A stretch of 41,548 nucleotides of DNA from a virus (taxonomy: Duplodnaviria > Caudoviricetes): the IMG/VR virus record IMGVR_UViG_3300008116_000184, positions 1 to 41,548 of that record; one strand, 5' to 3'. The notes beneath the pieces were generated by a model. That model did not search any database and had not been told where the DNA came from. It saw only the letters and a program-made list of their open reading frames with translations. Positions 6,632 through 15,747 of this stretch are shown here, piece by piece. Positions within the stretch are counted from its first letter, which is position 1, and each line of letters starts with the position of its first letter. The position numbers and the translations under genes are program-made.

Positions 6632-6681
6632 GCAAACAATGCTTGTAAGGTTTCTGGTAAATTCCTTATGAGCTTGTTTGC
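6632..6681 (+). other. Long intergenic hairpin
   Basis: GCAAACAA(T)GCTTGTAAGG ... CCTTATGAGCTTGTTTGC, followed by TTCTTT. Confidence 0.5.
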
Positions 6682-6739
6682 TTCTTTAATACCTTGTAAG
6701 AAATTAATCACGAACTATATTTACAAAAACTAATCAGTT

Positions 6740-6904
6740 ATGAAAAAATCAAATGCTTATCTTATTCTTTATTTTGCAACAATCATTGCAATAGCTTGTA
6801 TGACATCTTGTAGTAGCTCTCAACATGGGTACAATTACAAGTCTCATGCTAAGCATCGTAATACAGGTCCTAGTAAATGCTATAAAAAGCATAATAAGTG
6901 GTGA
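6740..6904 (+). CDS. Small lipoprotein (54 aa; not in ORF track)
   Basis: MKKSNAYLILYFATIIAIACMTSCSSSQHGYNYKSHAKHRNTGPSKCYKKHNKW*; basic N-terminus, hydrophobic core, MTSC lipobox. Confidence 0.7.
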   Translation: MKKSNAYLILYFATIIAIACMTSCSSSQHGYNYKSHAKHRNTGPSKCYKKHNKW

Positions 6905-6917
6905 AAACTAATCAGCT

Positions 6918-7124
6918 ATGGGTTATATGAAGTGGGTAAAAGGCCTGATGGATACAGGTCGACACACAATTCTTCGTGAGAAATACGACGAAGCAATTGA
7001 GTGTAAGTTCGAGAGAATAGAATTTGACAATTCTAATCTTGATGTTACATTTGTAGGTCACGTTCTTGACTTTATTGACAAGAATGATGATGCTCATACA
7101 GCAACAAGACATGAAAAGCTCTGA
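6918..7124 (+). CDS. Small hypothetical protein
   Basis: 68 aa; overlaps the polymerase start. Confidence 0.7.
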   Translation: MGYMKWVKGLMDTGRHTILREKYDEAIECKFERIEFDNSNLDVTFVGHVLDFIDKNDDAHTATRHEKL

Positions 7125-8967
7125 TTCTATCTATGTAGTTAATGGTAAAGATAATCTCTTTGAATACCCATTGAATTCATGTACAATGCAAGAATGTGTA
7201 GACTACTTACGATCAATTGATTTGATTGGGGTAGATACCGAGACCGAAGGTTTCGACTTCACAGGAAAGAAATTGTTAATGATTCAATGTGGTGACAAAG
7301 GGAAGCAGTTTATCATTGATTACAGAGTAACTAGTAAGCAAGAGATAGCGTTATTGAAATCTGTTTTAGAAGATGCTTCTAAAATTAAGATACTTCATAA
7401 TGCTAAATTTGATTACAAGTTCCTCAAGTTCTATTGTAATATCAGCCTCAATAATGTGTACGACACATTTTTGGTGGAAAAGATATTACACTGTGGTAAG
7501 AAAGAAGTACGTAACAGATTCGTAGACCTTGGTAGTAATCCATTCACTGTTGATCAAATGGTGTATGGTGCTAAAGATGTAGAATATCTAATCGATATCT
7601 ATCACAAACAACAGCCTGATATCGAGCTTAAGAGACTACGTAGTGTAGTTAGGCTTGAGAATGAAGCTGTTGTAGTTTTCTCTGAGATTGAGTATGAGGG
7701 ATTAATCCTTGATACTGAAGCTTGGCAAAAACTTGCTGTCAGAAACAAAGCCATGTCTATTCAGCTTGAGAAAGAGCTGGACAAGTCATTGGTTGCTGAT
7801 GAAAGGTTTACGAAATATAAGGCACAAAAGCAGTTGGATATGTTTACTGCTGTAGAGGATTTGAAAGAGTCTACAGTTAAGTGGTCGTCCCCAACTCAAG
7901 TGTTAAAGATTTTCAGAACGTTAGTACCTGAGCTTGAGAATGCTAACGGTAAGAAGCTTGCACCTTATAGGTTTAAGCATACTCTTATCGATGAGTATAT
8001 CAAGTATAAGGAGAAGGATAAGTTATCATCTGCATTTGGAGATAACTTCTACACATTCCTTAGTGCTGACAAGAAAGTTAGAACGAATTTCACACAAATC
8101 CTGGACACAGGTCGTGTTAGTAGTTCTGAGCCCAATATGCAACAAATCCCTGCTACTAACGAGTACAGAAATTGCTTTGTGGCTCCTGAAGGTTATGTGT
8201 TTGTATCTAGTGACTATTCATCACAAGAACTAAATGTAATAGCATATGGTTCTCAAGACCCTGTGTTTCTAAAAGCTCTCGAAAATAATGAAGACTTGCA
8301 CTCAGTATGTGCAGAGTTAGTATTCGGAGAAGTATGGAAGAATGCAGCAGAAGAGGATTGTGCCTATTACAAAACGAAAGAGAAGTGTGACTGTAAAGCT
8401 CACAAGAAATTAAGAACTCAAGTTAAGACAATCAATTTCGGATTGGCTTATGGGATGGGACCTAAGAAGTTATCTGAAACAATCAATTGCTCTACAAAAG
8501 AAGCAAAGGATTTGATTACTAAGTACTTCAAAGCTTTCCCTAAGATTGAGGCATTCTTAAATGGTCTTGGTGAGTTTGGAAAGAAACACGGTTACATTGA
8601 GACTTTCCCTCCATTCAGAAGGAAGAGGTGGTTTAACAGTTGGACTCCAAAGATGTACAGTGATAAAGATAGCTTTATGGAACTGGGATCAATTGAGAGA
8701 GCATCTAAGAACACACCGATTCAAGGCAGTTCAGCTGATATGACTAAGCTTGCATTGGTTCTCATTTATAGGCATATTAAAAAGTACGACTTACCTGTTA
8801 AGATAATCATGACCGTTCATGATCAGATTGACACAGTTTGTCCAAGAGAATATGCTGAAGAATGGAAACAGAGAATGACTGAGCTTATGGAACAAGCAGC
8901 TAACACTGTTATTAAGAATGGATTGTTGAAAGCAGAAACATCAATCACTAATGTTTGGAGTAAATAA
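7111..8967 (+). CDS. polA: Family A DNA polymerase with 3'-5' exonuclease, no 5'-3' exonuclease domain
   Basis: ExoI DTETEG, ExoII HNAKFD, ExoIII YGAKD; TGRVSSSEPNMQQIP; motif A DYSSQEL; motif B RTQVKTINFGLAYG; NTPIQGSSAD; motif C VHDQI. Likely start ATG 7111. Confidence 0.96.
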   Translation: MKSSDSIYVVNGKDNLFEYPLNSCTMQECVDYLRSIDLIGVDTETEGFDFTGKKLLMIQCGDKGKQFIIDYRVTSKQEIALLKSVLEDASKIKILHNAKFDYKFLKFYCNISLNNVYDTFLVEKILHCGKKEVRNRFVDLGSNPFTVDQMVYGAKDVEYLIDIYHKQQPDIELKRLRSVVRLENEAVVVFSEIEYEGLILDTEAWQKLAVRNKAMSIQLEKELDKSLVADERFTKYKAQKQLDMFTAVEDLKESTVKWSSPTQVLKIFRTLVPELENANGKKLAPYRFKHTLIDEYIKYKEKDKLSSAFGDNFYTFLSADKKVRTNFTQILDTGRVSSSEPNMQQIPATNEYRNCFVAPEGYVFVSSDYSSQELNVIAYGSQDPVFLKALENNEDLHSVCAELVFGEVWKNAAEEDCAYYKTKEKCDCKAHKKLRTQVKTINFGLAYGMGPKKLSETINCSTKEAKDLITKYFKAFPKIEAFLNGLGEFGKKHGYIETFPPFRRKRWFNSWTPKMYSDKDSFMELGSIERASKNTPIQGSSADMTKLALVLIYRHIKKYDLPVKIIMTVHDQIDTVCPREYAEEWKQRMTELMEQAANTVIKNGLLKAETSITNVWSK

Positions 8968-8969
8968 TC

Positions 8970-9320
8970 ATGACTCAAGAAGAAGAAAAAATTAAAGTAC
9001 TAACATTACTAATGTGGTTACAAACTGCTGTTTATGCTGCAGATGAATGTCAAGAGATTAAATGGTTCAATACTAGAAGAAGTAAACAACTATTGAAGTC
9101 TACTGTTGATATCATTCTGAAAGAGCACGGTGGAATTATCAAAACTTTATGGGATGTAGATGGTGTGCAAATGCCAGAAGTCACTAAAGCTTTAGAAGAA
9201 TTCACTGGACTCTTATCTACTACTGACTATTACAAACTGCCTGAGATATCAGCTCTTATCAGAGCTTATCAAGCAGGAGAATTCGAAGACACTTTTAATC
9301 CTATAAGAGATGAACAGTAA
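8970..9320 (+). CDS. Hypothetical protein
   Basis: 116-aa ORF tightly packed after the polymerase. Confidence 0.8.
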   Translation: MTQEEEKIKVLTLLMWLQTAVYAADECQEIKWFNTRRSKQLLKSTVDIILKEHGGIIKTLWDVDGVQMPEVTKALEEFTGLLSTTDYYKLPEISALIRAYQAGEFEDTFNPIRDEQ

Positions 9321-9552
9321 CTTACCAGCAGGGGCAGAAAATGACCCTAATAGACCATGGGATACTTCAGAGAAGTATTGTCGTGTTTGTGAATCTGATG
9401 CCATCGGAGATCTAGTTGATAACTATTTAGCAGCACATCCTGATTGTGGAGATTGGGATGAAGCTTATGAAAAGTTAGAAGAAGATGAGCAGATTGGATT
9501 ATGCAGACATTGTTATTGGGAAGAAATGGGGGAATGGAACAATGAAGACTAA
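9310..9552 (+). CDS. Small Zn-ribbon-like protein
   Basis: CRVC...CRHC pairs; N-terminal NLPAGAENDPNRPW. Confidence 0.75.
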   Translation: MNSNLPAGAENDPNRPWDTSEKYCRVCESDAIGDLVDNYLAAHPDCGDWDEAYEKLEEDEQIGLCRHCYWEEMGEWNNED

Positions 9553-9841
9553 AAGACTAACTGATGATGACATCATCAAAGAACTAATAGACACAATGTT
9601 TCTTATAGCTGGTCATGATGTAACCTTTGAGGACATCAAGGGTCGTAAGGACCAATGGTACTATGAATGGACCATGACTCCTGAGCAAGAGCAACAATGG
9701 ATGGAGTATATGGTAAAGTATTTCCGTAAGCACAGAAGTATGACCATTAGACATGCTCAGACTTCAGCATCTATGTTTAACCTAATGTGGGGCCTTAAAG
9801 TGGAACGGCCTGAAGTTCCCGATATCGATAACATAAATTAA
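9542..9841 (+). CDS. Hypothetical protein
   Basis: Likely start ATG 9542 (MKTKRLTDD...), overlapping the upstream gene end. Confidence 0.8.
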   Translation: MKTKRLTDDDIIKELIDTMFLIAGHDVTFEDIKGRKDQWYYEWTMTPEQEQQWMEYMVKYFRKHRSMTIRHAQTSASMFNLMWGLKVERPEVPDIDNIN

Positions 9842-9842
9842 C

Positions 9843-10010
9843 GTGAAAAAGTTATTCATCCTTGCACTGCTGTTTGCTTCATGTAAGCAAGCACCAGTAA
9901 ACATTACAGTTCATTGTCCAGAAAAGGACACAACGAAACTGTTTGACTTAGAAACTGTAGGTACTACAACAGACCCAACAGAGGAAGAACTTAATCAATT
10001 AAACAATTAA
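9843..10010 (+). CDS. Small lipoprotein (55 aa, GTG start; not in ORF track)
   Basis: MKKLFILALLFASCKQAPVNITVHCPEKD...; MKK plus FASC lipobox; exactly fills the gap between neighbours. Confidence 0.75.
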   Translation: MKKLFILALLFASCKQAPVNITVHCPEKDTTKLFDLETVGTTTDPTEEELNQLNN

Positions 10011-10015
10011 ACAAA

Positions 10016-10330
10016 ATGGAGATTTTTGCAATCATTTCAACAGTCGTTGCCGTACTAGGTGTGGCAGGTACTATTTTCTTTTTACTAACTTCATTGAAGA
10101 TAATGGGTAGATTAAGAGAAGCAGAGGAAATTATCGAGGATAAGAACGATGCTCTTAGAGATGCATTCGAAGCTATTCATATTCACAATGAAAAGCTGTG
10201 GGATGTTAGACATGAACTTAACATGGTAAAGAATCCTAAAAAACCTGTTGGTCGTCCTAAAGGTTCTAAGAACAAGGTTACTAAGCCTAAGTTTTCTCAG
10301 AAAGAATTTGACAAGAAATACGGGAAGTAA
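10016..10330 (+). CDS. Membrane-anchored coiled-coil protein with AT-hook-like motif
   Basis: N-terminal TM helix, heptad region, KKPVGRPKGSKNK. Confidence 0.75.
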   Translation: MEIFAIISTVVAVLGVAGTIFFLLTSLKIMGRLREAEEIIEDKNDALRDAFEAIHIHNEKLWDVRHELNMVKNPKKPVGRPKGSKNKVTKPKFSQKEFDKKYGK

Positions 10331-10515
10331 TGCCAGATATTTCTATGTGTAAGGGGGTTAATTGCCCCCTTGCTTTTAACTGTTACAGGTTTACAGCTAA
10401 AGCAAATCCTTATGGGCAAGCTTTTTTCATGGAAACTCCATGGGACGAAGAGAAAAAAGAATGTGAATATTATTTACCAAACGAAAAGATTAAAGTTAAA
10501 TCAAATGACAAATGA
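10330..10515 (+). CDS. Small Cys-rich phage protein
   Basis: MPDISMC-x4-CP-x4-CYRF...C; TAATG coupling with the upstream gene. Confidence 0.8.
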   Translation: MPDISMCKGVNCPLAFNCYRFTAKANPYGQAFFMETPWDEEKKECEYYLPNEKIKVKSNDK

Positions 10516-11069
10516 CGGAAAGAAAGAAGTTTTACTCAACGAAAAGAAGGAAACATTTACTGAGTTTGATAGAATCTTCACGGGATTCCTCGATAGAATT
10601 TACGAAGTCACGAGACCCGAAGGCAATATCGGAGATGATGATGAAGATAGTGGAGCATCTGTTCCACATTCCTAGAGAAGAATTCTTATCAGAGAGTCGT
10701 ATCAGGGACTATGTTGTACGTCGTACTTTAGTTGTCAATCTAATAAGCATGCATACTCATCACAGAGATGTGGAGATTGCTAAGGTTATTAATCGTGACA
10801 GAACTAGTGTGATTCACATGCAGAAGCTTCATGAGGATCTTATGTTTTCTGATGGAACTTATCGAGAGTATTTCGAGAGAGCTTCTAGTCTTTATGCAAG
10901 AGCTAATTATTTACCAAGAGTAGAAGATGCAACATTAGATGGCATCATTGAAAAGATAGTAAAGCTTAATGAAGAAGTAGAAGCCCTCAATGGAATGCTA
11001 GGCAACCTATTAGTTAACGTAAAATCTAAAGACAATGTCACAAGTGAAGAGCAAACTTTTAGCAATTAA
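10512..11069 (+). CDS. DnaA C-terminal (domain IV-like HTH) domain protein
   Basis: LSESRIRDYVVRR...EIAKVINRDRTSVIH resembles the DnaA domain IV signature; C-terminal coiled coil. Confidence 0.8.
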   Translation: MTERKKFYSTKRRKHLLSLIESSRDSSIEFTKSRDPKAISEMMMKIVEHLFHIPREEFLSESRIRDYVVRRTLVVNLISMHTHHRDVEIAKVINRDRTSVIHMQKLHEDLMFSDGTYREYFERASSLYARANYLPRVEDATLDGIIEKIVKLNEEVEALNGMLGNLLVNVKSKDNVTSEEQTFSN

Positions 11070-12234
11070 AGATGCTGAACAAAAGAAGGCATTGAATGCT
11101 TGGAAAGATGCTGACTACGTGGGCACTGTTATAGCTGGTACAGGATTCGGGAAGAGTCGTGTTGGTGTTATTGCCTGTGGAGCTATGATTCGTAAACATG
11201 GAGGTAGAGGATTGGTCTTAGTCCCTACTAATCAATTGCAAGACCAGTTTGAAGAAGAATTCAAGAAGTGGGGTTATGAAGATGTATTGGATAGTGTAGA
11301 TATCCTATGTTATGCATCAGCTCATAAACTTCGAGGTGTTACTTATACTGTTACAGTAGCAGATGAGGTGCATCTTGGCTTATCCCCAATCTATCGAGAA
11401 GTATTCTTACAAAATGACCACGAAAGACTTCTTTGTATGACTGCCACTGCCCCAGAGGAAGAGGAATACGAAGATTTACTTGATGAGATAGCCCCAACGG
11501 TCTATACCATTACCCTAGATGAGTGTGTACAGAAAGGATTAGTGGCTCCTTACACTATTCACTGTGTTCCCGTTCCATTGTTAGATTCAGAGAGAGATGC
11601 TTACAAGGCTGCAAACAATGCCTTTGTTCATTATAAGTATCATCTTGGGATGTACAATGCTTTCGAGGAAGCAGGTAGAATATTGAAGGACCCTAATGCT
11701 AGCCCTGTACAGAAGAAGAATGCAACTTTGTTCTACAAAGCTATTCGAGATAGGAAGGAAGTAGTTCAGAAGGCTCATAACAAAATTCTTTATACTGCTA
11801 TGATAGCTAAAACTAAAGCAGATAAGAAAATACTAACGTTTGCCGGAACTAATGAATTCACTAACCAAATGTATACAGAGTTGAATGCTGCAGATTGTAA
11901 ATCGGCTAGATATCATTCAGCTCTTGGTAAGAAAGAGAAGGACAAAGCTCTCAAGGATTTCAGAGAAAATGAGGTACGAATACTGTGTTCTACAAAGGCA
12001 TTGAATCAAGGATTCGATGTACCTGATGCACAGCTCGGAATCATCTGTGGCCTTGATAGCAAAGCATTAGCCATGATTCAGAGAGTGGGTAGATTGTTAC
12101 GACTTAGCCCCGATAAGGTTGGAGAAGTAGTGATACTCTACGTAAAAGATTCTCAAGAGGAGAAGTGGTTAAGAAGTTCCATCGAAAGTTTATCAAATAT
12201 AGTTTGGTGTGACGATATTTCTTCTTATATTTGA
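11035..12234 (+). CDS. Superfamily 2 DNA helicase (DExH)
   Basis: AGTGFGKS, DEVH, TAT, GFDVP, QRVGRLLR. Confidence 0.93.
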   Translation: MSQVKSKLLAIKDAEQKKALNAWKDADYVGTVIAGTGFGKSRVGVIACGAMIRKHGGRGLVLVPTNQLQDQFEEEFKKWGYEDVLDSVDILCYASAHKLRGVTYTVTVADEVHLGLSPIYREVFLQNDHERLLCMTATAPEEEEYEDLLDEIAPTVYTITLDECVQKGLVAPYTIHCVPVPLLDSERDAYKAANNAFVHYKYHLGMYNAFEEAGRILKDPNASPVQKKNATLFYKAIRDRKEVVQKAHNKILYTAMIAKTKADKKILTFAGTNEFTNQMYTELNAADCKSARYHSALGKKEKDKALKDFRENEVRILCSTKALNQGFDVPDAQLGIICGLDSKALAMIQRVGRLLRLSPDKVGEVVILYVKDSQEEKWLRSSIESLSNIVWCDDISSYI

Positions 12235-12270
12235 ATACGATTACTTATAGAAAGTATAAAAGAAACTTTT

Positions 12271-12837
12271 ATGATCATTGAAATTGATACAGAGAAGCTG
12301 TTGGCCCATGGGTTTACAGCTGATGAGTTCCTGTTCTTATCTATGCTTAATCGTGACCTTGATTCTAGTGACTTAAAGTTAATTATTGACCGTGAGAAAT
12401 TGCAAACCAACGGTTGGATTAAGTTGGGAGAGGAGGACGATTGTACATTGAGAGAAAAATTTAACGACGAATTCTCAAGTACAGAAGATGTCATATGGCA
12501 CGGCCTCCTTTCTCACTATCCACTCAAAGTCATAGCTAACGGAGCAGTCAGAATACTTAGAGCTAAAGATCCCAGCTCTAAGGCAAATGCAAAAGCCAAA
12601 AGTCGTTATCTTAAATACATAGGAAAAGATAAACAAAAGCACGAACACGTTATAGAGTGTCTGCAACGAGAGCTCCTATTACGTAGAAAAGGTAATAACC
12701 TAGGATTTATGCAGCAGCTAGAAACTTGGATTAATAATCACACATGGGAGAAGTACAGTGATTTAAGTGATGGAGAACAATCCAAATCAAAACCTGAGTC
12801 ATCAGGCTCAGAAGGTAGAATCACAAGGCAACTTTGA
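12271..12837 (+). CDS. Hypothetical replication-associated protein (possible initiator or helicase loader)
   Basis: Directly upstream of and overlapping DnaB; FMQQLETWINNHTWE tail resembles phage replisome-organiser C-termini; TATATTTG upstream at 12226-12233. Confidence 0.6.
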   Translation: MIIEIDTEKLLAHGFTADEFLFLSMLNRDLDSSDLKLIIDREKLQTNGWIKLGEEDDCTLREKFNDEFSSTEDVIWHGLLSHYPLKVIANGAVRILRAKDPSSKANAKAKSRYLKYIGKDKQKHEHVIECLQRELLLRRKGNNLGFMQQLETWINNHTWEKYSDLSDGEQSKSKPESSGSEGRITRQL

Positions 12838-13750
12838 CGACTCGTTAAAGGATTTTAGACACATCTCGTTATCAGTAGACAAATCAATCGAAGAAATTAA
12901 AGCAGCCCAAAGTGGCTCTAGAGTTGTCTTCCCTACTGGTTGGCCGAGATTGAATAAGAACTTGCTAGGTGGACTACAGAAAGGTAAGATGTACGTTATT
13001 GCCGGTCGTCCTGGTGTAGGTAAATCTGCATTTTCAAACCAATTAATTTTCGATGTACTCGATAACAACAAAGACAAGAAAGTAATAGTTCTGTACTGGA
13101 CGTTCGAGATGCCTGACTATCAGCAGATCATGAGAGCTGCATCAAACAAGGCACAACTCCAGTTTTCACAGTTATACAGTGTCGACCAACAGTTATCAGC
13201 AGAGGGATTAAAGAAGTATGAAGATGCAGTAGACAGCTATAGGAAGTATCCTATATTCTTCTGCTCTATTCCACAGAACATGGTGAAGATTAAAGAGATT
13301 AACAACAAGGTGTTTCAAAAGCACCCTGAACACACAATCATTAATCTTTACGACCATTCGAGATTGATTCTAGGCTCAGAAGACACAGAGCTTCAGAAGC
13401 TAAATCAAGTATCGAAGACATGTATGTGGTTGCAAGCAAGAATGGGGAGCATTTCTATTCTGTTGTCACAGCTAAACAGGAATATCGAGCAAGAGTATCG
13501 TGCCAAACAACAGTATCAACCACAACTTACAGACCTATTTGGTGGTGATTCTATTGGGCAAGATGCTCACGTAGTGATGATGCTACAAAGACCATTCGAC
13601 CTTTACGGTATTACAGATGCTTATTGTGGAGAGGATCCTGAAGGGTTGTTAGCCTGTCATATCGAGAAGAATCGTGATGGTCAATTGGGTATGATTCCCT
13701 ACGAAGCTGATTTGTCAACATTTAATTTGACAGAAAGAGTGAAAAAGTAA
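12770..13750 (+). CDS. dnaB: DnaB-like replicative helicase
   Basis: TGW..LN, AGRPGVGKS, FEM, LSQLNR, IGQDAHVV, IEKNRDG. Confidence 0.95.
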   Translation: MENNPNQNLSHQAQKVESQGNFDDSLKDFRHISLSVDKSIEEIKAAQSGSRVVFPTGWPRLNKNLLGGLQKGKMYVIAGRPGVGKSAFSNQLIFDVLDNNKDKKVIVLYWTFEMPDYQQIMRAASNKAQLQFSQLYSVDQQLSAEGLKKYEDAVDSYRKYPIFFCSIPQNMVKIKEINNKVFQKHPEHTIINLYDHSRLILGSEDTELQKLNQVSKTCMWLQARMGSISILLSQLNRNIEQEYRAKQQYQPQLTDLFGGDSIGQDAHVVMMLQRPFDLYGITDAYCGEDPEGLLACHIEKNRDGQLGMIPYEADLSTFNLTERVKK

Positions 13751-13769
13751 ATTTAAAATTTGACAAAAA

Positions 13770-14474
13770 ATGGAGTTAGTACTGCCAACAGAGAAGGTCG
13801 CTGCCCTTCGTAAGAGTCCGAGACACATGATTATCTACGGACCACCAAAGATTGGTAAAACAACAGCACTGGCTAAACTTGATGGATGTCTTATCATAGA
13901 TCTAGAGCAAGGATCGGATATGGTAGAAGCACTTAAAGTTAAAGCTGCAAACTTGAAAGAGTTGAGTGAAATCGGTAAAGCAATTATGAAAGCTGGAAAG
14001 CCTTACAAATATATTGCTATCGATACCTTGACTCAATTAGAGGTATGGTGTGAATCAGAGGCTAAAGAACTCTATCGTCAAACTCCAATGGGTAAGAACT
14101 TTGATACTGATAACAAAGGGTTATCTGTTCTTAGTCTTCCTAACGGTGCTGGCTATTTGTATCTACGAATGGCTATCAAGAAGTGGATGGATAGATTAGA
14201 GACTTTGTCTGAACACATCATTTACATCGGTCACTTAAAAGATAAGCAGATCGAGAAGAAAGGTAAGGAGGTATCAGCTAAAGATTTAGATTTGACTGGT
14301 AAGATCCGTAGTATTGCTTGTGCTAACTCAGATGCCATCGGCTATGTGTATAGAAACGACGACAAGACTATGATCTCATTCAATTCATCTGATGATATCA
14401 CTGCTGGCTCACGTTGTGAGCATTTAAGAGGTCAAGAGATGGAGCTTGACTGGAGTAAAATTTATATTGATTAA
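13770..14474 (+). CDS. AAA (AAA_24/Sak4-like) ATPase
   Basis: YGPPKIGKTT Walker A, IDLEQG, IAIDT Walker B, IGH. Confidence 0.88.
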   Translation: MELVLPTEKVAALRKSPRHMIIYGPPKIGKTTALAKLDGCLIIDLEQGSDMVEALKVKAANLKELSEIGKAIMKAGKPYKYIAIDTLTQLEVWCESEAKELYRQTPMGKNFDTDNKGLSVLSLPNGAGYLYLRMAIKKWMDRLETLSEHIIYIGHLKDKQIEKKGKEVSAKDLDLTGKIRSIACANSDAIGYVYRNDDKTMISFNSSDDITAGSRCEHLRGQEMELDWSKIYID

Positions 14475-14489
14475 TTAAAACCCTAGAAA

Positions 14490-14843
14490 ATGTCTATCGA
14501 GGCAAACATTCAACAAAATCCAACTGTTGCAAATACTGCAACAACTGAAGGTCCTATCGTATTAACGGTAACAGGAATCATTAATGACTTAAACGACGGT
14601 ATCGATCGTGATGGCATTGCAACTAAGTATAACTTGACTAAAGCTGAAGTTACTGAGCTATTCAAGCACCCTAAGTTGACTGGCCTACGTGCTCGTAAGA
14701 AGATTCCAGTACGTTTTACATTGGTAGATGACACTGTTATTACTAAGAGTGAGGCTGCTGCTGTAGAGTCTGATCCTAATCAATTAGATTTGATGGATGC
14801 TATTCAAGAGCATGTAGCTACTGAAGAAGCAATCAGCAACTGA
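14490..14843 (+). CDS. Hypothetical protein (possible HTH)
   Basis: 117 aa; GIDRDGIATKYNLTKAEVTELF has an HTH-like pattern. Confidence 0.75.
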   Translation: MSIEANIQQNPTVANTATTEGPIVLTVTGIINDLNDGIDRDGIATKYNLTKAEVTELFKHPKLTGLRARKKIPVRFTLVDDTVITKSEAAAVESDPNQLDLMDAIQEHVATEEAISN

Positions 14844-14908
14844 GAGTTCCGTCAGCAACAGGACATTGTGTATAGAACATATTTTCGTTAATTTAAATTT
14901 AAAACAAA

Positions 14909-15676
14909 ATGGCAATTGAGTCAAACAATTCAGAAGAAGTAGTAGCAGGTGGTGGTTATCAGTTATATACTGGTATTGCTGCTGTTAGTGTAGTAGCAGT
15001 TAATCCAACTCAATCAGAGTTGCAAGCTATTGGTATTAATGCTAAGGAAGATCCTAAGTACAACGTGGAAATCAATGGAGAAGAGTACAATAAGATTGTA
15101 TTCTATCTTCGTCACGATGATCCAAACATTACTGTAAGATTTGATATCTTGGCTAAGCCTGAGCACCGTATGTCAAAGAACGGTAAGGCAATGTGGATTA
15201 ACAACATCGGTCAGATGACTTGGAGTGAAGATGTTCCAGCATACGATTGGTGGAAGAATTCAGACACAAGCCGTAAAGCTTATGTTGGAGAAGACATCCT
15301 TGTTAACTTCACTAAAGCATGGGCTAACGTAGCCAATGGTGGTAAGATTAGTTTTGATACTATCGATGCTATCATGAAGGGTGATGTTAAAGAGTTGAAG
15401 GAGCTTGTAAAAGCTTTATCTGCTAACAAGTTACGTGTCTTGATTGGTGTTAAAGACGAGAAGTATCAGGTTGTTTACAACCGTCACTTCGGTCGTTTGA
15501 AGCCAGCTAATGACATGTTATTTGTCAAAGCTTTGAATGAGGACTACGGTTCTTTCAATGCTGAATACAGCAAAGACCTTAAGTTTGGGGTTTATTCACC
15601 AACTTTAATTACGGCTGATACTACGTCAGAAGAGACTCCTTTCAAGGACGACTCTAAGGACGAGTGGGATGCATAA
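14909..15676 (+). CDS. Putative single-stranded DNA-binding protein
   Basis: Lies between the AAA ATPase and primase; acidic tail with terminal aromatic residue (KDDSKDEWDA); followed by a terminator. Function inferred. Confidence 0.6.
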   Translation: MAIESNNSEEVVAGGGYQLYTGIAAVSVVAVNPTQSELQAIGINAKEDPKYNVEINGEEYNKIVFYLRHDDPNITVRFDILAKPEHRMSKNGKAMWINNIGQMTWSEDVPAYDWWKNSDTSRKAYVGEDILVNFTKAWANVANGGKISFDTIDAIMKGDVKELKELVKALSANKLRVLIGVKDEKYQVVYNRHFGRLKPANDMLFVKALNEDYGSFNAEYSKDLKFGVYSPTLITADTTSEETPFKDDSKDEWDA

Positions 15677-15690
15677 TTGAAACCTTAACC

Positions 15691-15733
15691 AAAAAACAAA
15701 CAGGGGTTACAGAAATGTGCCCCTTTTGTTTTT
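15691..15733 (+). terminator. Rho-independent terminator
   Basis: AGGGGTTACA-GAAA-TGTGCCCCT then TTTGTTTTT, with an A-tract upstream. Confidence 0.75.
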
Positions 15734-15747
15734 AATTTAGCCTCCTT

